Positions 16,162 through 22,890 of a stretch of 22,890 bases of DNA are shown here, piece after piece. The translations under genes and the position numbers were made by a program. Each line of letters starts with the position of its first letter. Position 1 is the first letter of the stretch. This DNA comes from a virus, in IMG/VR virus record IMGVR_UViG_3300000983_000001, positions 1 through 22,890 of that record; one strand, given 5' to 3'. Under the pieces are notes generated by a model. That model did not search any database. It was given only the letters and a program-made list of their open reading frames with translations, and was not told where the DNA came from.

Positions 16162-16815
16162 ATGATTACAGTAAATAGCATACAAGTGAATCAAAATTTA
16201 GATAACCTAACAGTAGATGTAATGTCTACTTTGGGTTGTCCTATAACTCAGATATTATTTTGGGATATAGATACGTATAGGTCTACTACAGATGCTATTG
16301 ATTTATCTTCTTTACTTACAAATGGTGGTTTGCAAGAAAATTTTAATATTGTTCCTACAGATGTTGGTAAAGAAGATTTTTCTTCTGTATATTTTATTGA
16401 ATTTATAAGTGCTGCTTGTCCTGCACAAAATGTAGGTTGTGGTGATGGGAGTTATACTTTTCCAGTCGGAAATATTTCTAAATTTTATGAATGCTTATTA
16501 AATCTTATTTTTAATATAGAGATAAGTGATTGTGGTACAATTTCTAAAGAAGATTTAGGCAAATCTTCAAATTGTGATGGCAGTACTGCTAGTGATAAAG
16601 AAGGCTGTACACCAGATGTAAACCTTGTTTCCACTTTGATTAGTGGTTTAGAGAAAGCTTTAAAAATGGGGTACTATGAGCAGGCTATTAAAATAATGAA
16701 GAAACTAGATGATATTTGTGGAGACAAATGTTCTTGTTCTGGATTAACATATACGCCTATAGGTGGCGGAAATACAAATATTGAAGTTGAAAATAATGTT
16801 ATAATACAAGTTTAA
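16162..16815 (+). CDS. Virion structural protein, tail-hub-like
   Basis: 217 aa with an N-terminal beta domain and C-terminal helices (GLEKALKMGYYEQAIKIMKKLDDIC). Supported by synteny. Confidence 0.45.
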   Translation: MITVNSIQVNQNLDNLTVDVMSTLGCPITQILFWDIDTYRSTTDAIDLSSLLTNGGLQENFNIVPTDVGKEDFSSVYFIEFISAACPAQNVGCGDGSYTFPVGNISKFYECLLNLIFNIEISDCGTISKEDLGKSSNCDGSTASDKEGCTPDVNLVSTLISGLEKALKMGYYEQAIKIMKKLDDICGDKCSCSGLTYTPIGGGNTNIEVENNVIIQV

Positions 16816-16818
16816 AAA

Positions 16819-19167
16819 ATGGACAATAATCTAAACATAGAATCTCTTTTGGGGAGTATTTCAAACAATATAAATTTAAGTTTTGTTTTAGGTGAACAAA
16901 ATTCAGATGGGATTCAACTGTTGAATACGTTAATGCTTACTTATGATTATACTCTTGCTAGATTAGAGCAAGGTTTAGATTATAACGAACAATTAGGTAA
17001 ATTGGCAAAATTAATTGAAGAATTAAAAAAGAGTTGCAGACAAATTTGTAGAATAGGAAATAGAATAATTATACCTGGTGGAAATTCGGGGGGAGATGAT
17101 GGAGGAAACAATGATGTCCCTAATACCGCACCGAGAATAAGTGACAATGAAAAAACTTACTGTTTTCAAGATACATTACCAAGAAGTTTGAATCTATCAG
17201 ATTTTATTTTTGATTATGAAGATGATGAAGGTCATGGTATATCTGAGATAATATTTTTATCTAACTCAGGTAATATATTGATAGACAGTAACCCATTAAT
17301 AGTTAATAACATATACACACCTAATATAACTGTTTCTATGGGTGATGGGGAGTTACAAAATGATTATGTATATTTAATAAAAAATGTAGGGGGTTCAAAT
17401 CCCTGTGAAGGTAAGATAATCAAGATATTAGAACAAGATTATATAGACAACTATTTTAATTGTAATGTTTTAGATATTCATGATGATACAACAAATGAGA
17501 CAGTTTTTCAATGTTTAGAAAGAACTCAGACAACTTTACCAAATGATACCATTGTATATATTGATATTGATAGAACTGGTTCATTTAGTGATGAGGATAC
17601 AACAAATATTGAAAACACTGTGTTTCAGTGGTGGAACACTTTTAAAACCAACAATCCTAATTTTGCAGGTAGTCTAATCATAAATGACGTTGATAATAGT
17701 GTAATAGACAACACACATGCACCTGGTTTTGGGGGAGATACCTTTGGAGATATTCTTGATTTAAGCGTTGAGGTTGAAACTTATGAAAGATGGCTAAATG
17801 CGCCAGTAAAAGCTTTGTTAAGGCAGATGTATAAAGAGGGTATAGTATCTTTACCTGGACTTGATGAGTTTAAAGGTTTTGTGAAAAACAGATCACTTGT
17901 AATATTAAGCTTTATTAATGAATCTAACCCTAAATATCACGGTTTTTCAGCAGGCTTTAATTCCGACAATATAATTCAACCAAGCAACAGCTATACAACA
18001 GATTACACAATTTTTAAAGAGTATATATACCCATATCTAAAAAGCTTTAAAGGTATTTTGTACCCTGTTATTAAAAATGCGGGAACAATAAGACCTTTTA
18101 TTTTACATTCGCTCGCTGCTTTTGAGGCAACAATATTATCATCCTCTCAAATTGATTCTATATTAAGTTTGCCTGTTGTTTCTTTGCTTACGGTTACCCA
18201 AATGCAAAATTATGTTTACACTCCTTTAGGGGCAGGTAACCCATACTCAACATTACCTGATTTAAGAGCTATGGATTGGAATATTATTTACAAAACAAGT
18301 CCTATTATAGATGTATTAACATCACAAGATTTTGCAGATACTTTAGATAATCTATTAATATTAGATCAATTGTTGGTTGTAGATGAATTAGTCGAGGTTA
18401 GAGTTCCCTCAGAGGAATCTACCTTTGAATCGGAGACAACGATTCAAGTAAGAGACGACCATCCAACAGACCCTTTATTGTCAAACGTAGCAACTGTAAA
18501 AATTATATTTGAAGGTTGTTGTGAGGAAACCCCTCAATGCGAAACTTCAACCGTTAAAAATATAGATCACAGAGAAACATATGCTATTGCTTGGTCGGAT
18601 TTAGCAACTGAACCAAATGTTGATAAAATAAAACTAACAAGTTTTGTTATACCAAATGGACAACTTAAATATTACAATATATTTCTGTCTGCAAGTGATT
18701 TACCTTTAATAATAACAAAATCAGATGTAGATTTAGGTAATTTAATTTATATACCAGATGACAGTTATCAAGGTGAATATAACGTAGAACTTTTTTACCA
18801 AAATGCTTTTCAAAACAGGGACAACTACTGTGATTCAGATAACGAATTAATTATTGTAAAAGAAGAAAACCCAAATCAACCACCAATAATAACTTTTAAA
18901 AATGGGGATGAAACAATCACAATACCTAGTGGGGATACTGACATTGACCATATAATTGATGCAAATATTCAATATACAGGTACGGGTGGCTACGATATTT
19001 ATTGGACAAAAATATCAACACCGAACACTACAATATTTGTAAATCCACATCAGGAAGATTTAGAAGTTCAAAATCTTGTTGTAGGTACTCATAGATTCAA
19101 TATTAGGGTTATTACGCATGATGATAATTTCATTGTAGACAGACAAGTAACAATAACTGTTATATAA
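16819..19167 (+). CDS. Large acidic virion/adhesin-like protein with Ig/cadherin-like, VWA-like and PKD-like domains
   Basis: N-terminal helical module and Gly-rich linker, then NTAP...DYEDDEGH, IVYIDIDRTGSF (MIDAS-like), QVRDD...SNVATVKI, and C-terminal NQPP...YWTKIS...LEVQNLVVGTHRFNIRV. Confidence 0.55.
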   Translation: MDNNLNIESLLGSISNNINLSFVLGEQNSDGIQLLNTLMLTYDYTLARLEQGLDYNEQLGKLAKLIEELKKSCRQICRIGNRIIIPGGNSGGDDGGNNDVPNTAPRISDNEKTYCFQDTLPRSLNLSDFIFDYEDDEGHGISEIIFLSNSGNILIDSNPLIVNNIYTPNITVSMGDGELQNDYVYLIKNVGGSNPCEGKIIKILEQDYIDNYFNCNVLDIHDDTTNETVFQCLERTQTTLPNDTIVYIDIDRTGSFSDEDTTNIENTVFQWWNTFKTNNPNFAGSLIINDVDNSVIDNTHAPGFGGDTFGDILDLSVEVETYERWLNAPVKALLRQMYKEGIVSLPGLDEFKGFVKNRSLVILSFINESNPKYHGFSAGFNSDNIIQPSNSYTTDYTIFKEYIYPYLKSFKGILYPVIKNAGTIRPFILHSLAAFEATILSSSQIDSILSLPVVSLLTVTQMQNYVYTPLGAGNPYSTLPDLRAMDWNIIYKTSPIIDVLTSQDFADTLDNLLILDQLLVVDELVEVRVPSEESTFESETTIQVRDDHPTDPLLSNVATVKIIFEGCCEETPQCETSTVKNIDHRETYAIAWSDLATEPNVDKIKLTSFVIPNGQLKYYNIFLSASDLPLIITKSDVDLGNLIYIPDDSYQGEYNVELFYQNAFQNRDNYCDSDNELIIVKEENPNQPPIITFKNGDETITIPSGDTDIDHIIDANIQYTGTGGYDIYWTKISTPNTTIFVNPHQEDLEVQNLVVGTHRFNIRVITHDDNFIVDRQVTITVI

Positions 19168-19177
19168 ATTTAATAAT

Positions 19178-19726
19178 ATGAGCTTGAACATAGCAATAAC
19201 GTATTTAATTAATATGTTAAAATTAAGTTGGGATTTGTTAAATTTTGTTCATTTAGCTATTGTTACGGTAATCATAGTATCTTTTCAGGAAGCTATTGAT
19301 TTATTGCAAATTGAGGCGAACATAAAACCTTTAATGTATATTGGTATATTTACTGTTGTTACTCAAATATTTATACTCTTTGAACTTGGCTCAAAATTCT
19401 TATTAAATAAAAAACTTAAAAATAAAACCGCTTGTGATTTAATAGGGGAAACTGTCGGAGAAACTTTTGGGCTATTATTATATTCATTTCTAATATCAGT
19501 CTTATTGTTAATACTACCTGGTTTTACTCTCGTTGTATCGCTTTTAATAGCACCTTTAATTCTAACAAGTATAAAGGAATATTTAACAATAGGAGAAAAC
19601 CTAGAAAATTATTATGGAATAAAACCTTATTTATTTCAGTTGATTGATACCATTTTTGTGAGTTTAGAACAAAGGTATTTAAAGATGACTGAAAGTTTTA
19701 TAAACAATACTGGCAAGTCTGAATAA
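19178..19726 (+). CDS. Holin-like membrane protein
   Basis: About 4 hydrophobic segments. KEYLTIGENLE resembles the E..SI.EN motif of the phage holin 4 (TcdE-like) family. Confidence 0.55.
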   Translation: MSLNIAITYLINMLKLSWDLLNFVHLAIVTVIIVSFQEAIDLLQIEANIKPLMYIGIFTVVTQIFILFELGSKFLLNKKLKNKTACDLIGETVGETFGLLLYSFLISVLLLILPGFTLVVSLLIAPLILTSIKEYLTIGENLENYYGIKPYLFQLIDTIFVSLEQRYLKMTESFINNTGKSE

Positions 19727-19746
19727 TTTTTAGTATATTGTGTGTT

Positions 19747-20526
19747 ATGGAAAACTTAAATAAAAAAGTTAAACAGTATTTTAAAGACTTAAAATTTAAA
19801 GAAGAAACACACAAATACTCTGTGGGAGATAAGGTGTTATCTACATCTGTATCCGCATTAACAAAAGTTTTTGAAGATAAAGTTGATTTTTATGCTATAT
19901 CGCTGAATATAGATAAAAAATTAAAATTACCAACAGGCTCTACTAACAGATTGTGGAAATATAGATCAGAAATAAGTCTAGCTTTAGGTACATCTGTTCA
20001 TTATTTTGCAGAATTGGCTGCCCTAAATTTGAACCTCAAACCGAAACATCCATGTGAAGAAGCTGCTCTAAGTTTTTTAAAATCTATACCAAGTCATTTT
20101 AAAGTTTTTGAAACGGAGATACAAATGTATCATAAGAAGTATATGTTTGGTGGTATGGCTGATTTGGTGTTAATAAACACTAAAACAAATGAATTAACTA
20201 TTATAGATTACAAAACGAATAAGGATTTATTTAAATGTTTTGGTAACAAAAAACTTTTAAGTCCTTTTCATAATTTTGTTGCAAATTCCTTTAATAAATA
20301 TCAAATTCAATTCAGTCTTTACCAGATTCTACTAGAACAAGTACCTGGTGTAAAAGTGAGAGGAAGAAAGCTTGTGCATTTAAAAAAGGATGGTGGATAT
20401 GAAGTCTTTAATACAGAAGATTTACGTAAACCTTTAAAACTATTTTTATCTAACTACTATGACAACAAACGGAGAGTTGGTGCAAAGAGTTCAAAGCCTA
20501 TACTCAAAAGGCGCAGAATCGGATGA
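19747..20526 (+). CDS. PD-(D/E)XK nuclease (RecB/Cas4-like fold, no Fe-S cysteines)
   Basis: GTSVHYFAE, ETE, GMADLV, IIDYKT and YQIQFSLY motifs. ATG at 19747 is preferred over the TTG at 19738. Confidence 0.88.
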   Translation: MENLNKKVKQYFKDLKFKEETHKYSVGDKVLSTSVSALTKVFEDKVDFYAISLNIDKKLKLPTGSTNRLWKYRSEISLALGTSVHYFAELAALNLNLKPKHPCEEAALSFLKSIPSHFKVFETEIQMYHKKYMFGGMADLVLINTKTNELTIIDYKTNKDLFKCFGNKKLLSPFHNFVANSFNKYQIQFSLYQILLEQVPGVKVRGRKLVHLKKDGGYEVFNTEDLRKPLKLFLSNYYDNKRRVGAKSSKPILKRRRIG

Positions 20527-21172
20527 TTCCCGATTAACGTCTCCGCACATATACCATAAACTATTAACAGTTCGAGCTAGGTTAGTTAAACAAGAGCTTG
20601 ACAAAAGGAAAAAACTTAGTTCATGGGTTTATCAAACATTAGATTGTGTTGAATTAATAAAAGCACCTTCTCATGAATGTCCTTGTTTACCTCCTATCGG
20701 ATGCGAAATATTAAAAACTAAACACCCAATACCTAAAGTTTTAGCTAATAGATATGGAGATCAGATTCAGTCTGTGACATCAGTAGACGGTAGTATTAGA
20801 TATGAACCTACAACATGGGGGAGTAAACAAGATAGTTCAGGTAATAAATATGCAGGTGGTGTACCTGATTATTATATAAAGAATGAATATTTTTACTTTA
20901 CTTGGTTAAAAGGCCCTAGAGTGGTATCTATTACAGCTATCTTTGAAGATACATTAGCTGCGGATACTTTTCCTAGTTTCTGCCCTAAAGAAGATGTAGA
21001 AACAGATAATAGCGATTGTTTAAATTTCAATGATCAAAACTTTGCTATTGATGGACATTTGATTGAACCTATGATAGAATTAGCAGTAAATGAACTTGTT
21101 ATATTATTTTCTCAAATGAGAGAAGATAGTACAAATAATTTCAGAGATAATGTAAAAGAGGAAACAAAATAA
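20459..21172 (+). CDS. Tail ring / adaptor protein
   Basis: 237 aa with DDSRL, RARL.KQ, YQTLDCVELI, LKTKHPIP and ITAIFED, resembling a crAss-like ring protein. Supported by synteny before the IHF-like gene. Confidence 0.6.
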   Translation: MTTNGELVQRVQSLYSKGAESDDSRLTSPHIYHKLLTVRARLVKQELDKRKKLSSWVYQTLDCVELIKAPSHECPCLPPIGCEILKTKHPIPKVLANRYGDQIQSVTSVDGSIRYEPTTWGSKQDSSGNKYAGGVPDYYIKNEYFYFTWLKGPRVVSITAIFEDTLAADTFPSFCPKEDVETDNSDCLNFNDQNFAIDGHLIEPMIELAVNELVILFSQMREDSTNNFRDNVKEETK

Positions 21173-21181
21173 TAATCTCAT

Positions 21182-21643
21182 ATGGAAGTCGAGGTATATA
21201 ATTTATATGAATCTTTAGTAGGAAAACCAAAATTAAGCTTATCTGAGTTCAAAGAACTGATAAAAAAATTTCATCAATTTACGATGAATGAGGTTGTAGA
21301 AAAAGGTAAAGAGGTGAAATTACCTTCTAATATGGGTTCGTTGTGTGTCAGAGGAAATAAATGGAAAGTTAAATATGATAAGAACGGAAAACCTACTAAT
21401 CTACCTGTAGATTGGAAGTCTACTAAAGCTTACTGGAAAAGAAACGAAGATGCGAGAAAACTTAAAAAACTTATCTATTATTTGAATGATGAAAGTGACG
21501 GATATATTTATTCTTTAACTTGGAATAGGAGGGGGATAAAAACAAATAATGCATGGTTTTACAGTTTTAAGTCTGCTGTCAATCATAGAAAAAAATTAAG
21601 CCGACTAGCTAAAACTGGTAAATCGTATAAAAACAACAGATAA
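21182..21643 (+). CDS. IHF/HU-like protein of crAss-like phages
   Basis: EFKELIKKF...GKEVKLPSNMGSLCV, VDWKST and YYLN..SDGY.Y...W. Basic protein at the conserved position between ring genes. Confidence 0.7.
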   Translation: MEVEVYNLYESLVGKPKLSLSEFKELIKKFHQFTMNEVVEKGKEVKLPSNMGSLCVRGNKWKVKYDKNGKPTNLPVDWKSTKAYWKRNEDARKLKKLIYYLNDESDGYIYSLTWNRRGIKTNNAWFYSFKSAVNHRKKLSRLAKTGKSYKNNR

Positions 21644-21645
21644 TT

Positions 21646-22617
21646 TTGTATAACTACACTACAGTAAATAGAATAATATCTAGTATTAAAAGAGATACAG
21701 GTGAAGATATTAGTCGAACTGACATTATTGAATGGGCAGGGCAGGCGATGGAGCATTTATTGGTTTATGCAACTAAGATAGAGAAAGTAACTTTTTTAGA
21801 GGTCAATAATTACCAAGCAGCTTTGCCTCAATATATGGTAGGTATTATTCAAGTAGCCAGAGATAATTTTTGGATTAAAAATGAAGATCAAGAAAATGTG
21901 TGTAGTTGTTTAGAAAAAACAGCAGAAGAAGATGAACCAGAAGAAATTAAACCTTGTGGTTGTACACCTTGTCTTTTAGACTGTCATGGCAATATTATAG
22001 GACAATTAAAAACCTCTTACTACAGACCTTTTATTGATATAGATTGGAGATACAGTGAATGGGTAGGCAGCAATTATTATAGAAATCAAAATAGGTTTAC
22101 TCCTATAAGATTAAGTAACCATACGTTTTTTAATAGTATTGTTTGCAGAGAAAAAGATCAAACCCCATATATAAATTGTATTGATGAGTATACTATCGCA
22201 GGAGATATAAATAAAATTCTTCGTGTTTCTTTCAAAGAAGGTTTAGTTGCTTTATCTTATCTTCAAATGCCAATTGATGTAGAAACGGGATTTCCACTTA
22301 TCGTAGATGAACCAAATCACATTTCAGCTATAGGTTATTATATAAAATGGAAATTGTCAGAAAAGTACCAATGGAACAATCAGGAAGGGTTTAAGACCAC
22401 TTTACCAGAAAAAATGAGAAGAGATTGGTTGCGATATGCTAAACAAGCAAGAAACAATGCAAAAATGCCTAAAAGTCTTGACGAACAACAAAATGCAATG
22501 GAACAAAGGCTTAATTTAATACCAAACTCAAATCAATACTATACTTTTTATGGTAATTTGGGAAGGAGACAACCTAACACATTAGATTATTTAAATGACC
22601 CAAGACGACTTTATTAA
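21646..22617 (+). CDS. Tail tubular / ring protein (portal-proximal type)
   Basis: DIIEW..QAM, V.NYQA.LP, SFKEG.V.LSY...P.D.ETGFPL and W..Y.KQAR motifs. TTG start. Confidence 0.65.
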   Translation: MYNYTTVNRIISSIKRDTGEDISRTDIIEWAGQAMEHLLVYATKIEKVTFLEVNNYQAALPQYMVGIIQVARDNFWIKNEDQENVCSCLEKTAEEDEPEEIKPCGCTPCLLDCHGNIIGQLKTSYYRPFIDIDWRYSEWVGSNYYRNQNRFTPIRLSNHTFFNSIVCREKDQTPYINCIDEYTIAGDINKILRVSFKEGLVALSYLQMPIDVETGFPLIVDEPNHISAIGYYIKWKLSEKYQWNNQEGFKTTLPEKMRRDWLRYAKQARNNAKMPKSLDEQQNAMEQRLNLIPNSNQYYTFYGNLGRRQPNTLDYLNDPRRLY

Positions 22618-22641
22618 AAATAAAACTATAAAAAATAAACT

Positions 22642-22890
22642 ATGGCTAACGGTAATATAACACAAATTAATAAAACTTTCGGTAAACATTGGAGCAAAAT
22701 CTGTTGCAATGCTAAAGCTATCCTGTTGCTTGAAGCTGCATTAGCTAATGTACCTTTAGGTGATATACAAGATCAAGTTGATGCTAATACTGCCTGTTGT
22801 GCAACAAATACATCTGCTATAGCGGATTTACTTTCTCAAATTCAATCTAATGACACTGATATAGCAGACTTGCTTGCTCAAATACAGTCA
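22642..22890 (+). CDS. Partial CDS (runs off the window): coiled-coil repeat protein, fibre-like
   Basis: Not in the ORF track. ATG at 22642 opens 83 codons without a stop: MANGNITQINKTFGKHWSKICCNAKAILLLEAALANVPLGDIQDQVDANTACCATNTSAIADLLSQIQSNDTDIADLLAQIQS. Confidence 0.8.
   Translation, partial: MANGNITQINKTFGKHWSKICCNAKAILLLEAALANVPLGDIQDQVDANTACCATNTSAIADLLSQIQSNDTDIADLLAQIQS

Larger units (their letters stand above)
1..22890 (+). mobile_element. crAss-like (Crassvirales-type) bacteriophage genome segment, packaging/head/tail module
   Basis: Co-oriented gene order TerS-like, TerL, ~790-aa portal, acidic protein, ~490-aa MCP, ring proteins, IHF-like protein. Sizes and order match the conserved crAss-like structural block. 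No host housekeeping genes. Confidence 0.9.

Noticed and set aside
1676-16194. Short minus-strand ORFs (1676, 2586, 4754, 9224, 11283, 12144, 12840, 15253, 15943) and the + strand ORF 12958..13152
   Set aside because: All lie within or almost entirely within long, well-supported + strand genes and have no recognisable motifs. They are treated as shadow ORFs.
799-22617. Stop-codon reassignment (TAG or TGA), known in some crAss-like phages
   Set aside because: All genes are full length in code 11 with tight packing. TAG (1159-1161) and TGA (20524-20526) each end an ORF that already overlaps the next gene.

Overview
AT-rich segment of a crAss-like (Crassvirales-type) tailed phage genome, most likely infecting a Bacteroidetes/Flavobacteriia host. 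It has no Shine-Dalgarno motifs, A-rich start contexts and TTTG-N19/20-TATATT promoter-like sites. An ~800-bp ORF-free region at the start is densely structured. It is followed by one + strand late-gene cluster that reads cleanly in standard code 11. Lysis and accessory genes come first: HU/IHF-like protein, Amidase_3 endolysin, WDGH-like protein and probable small terminase. The packaging and head genes are a large terminase interrupted by two LAGLIDADG inteins, portal, scaffold-like protein and major capsid protein. The remainder encodes ring/adaptor proteins, an auxiliary-capsid-like protein, tail-hub-like proteins (one fused to Ig/cadherin-like and VWA-like domains), a holin-like protein, a PD-(D/E)XK nuclease, a second IHF-like protein and a truncated coiled-coil fibre-like gene. 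The most notable observations are: (i) a non-canonical class-3-type intein apparently starting with Glu, inside the Walker A loop; (ii) a candidate ~280-nt structured + strand RNA; (iii) three GNA-loop/sheared-GA ssDNA-type hairpins on the - strand of the non-coding region; (iv) cysteine-cluster-rich virion proteins. Family assignments come from motif reading and synteny recalled from known crAss-like phages. No database searches were run.
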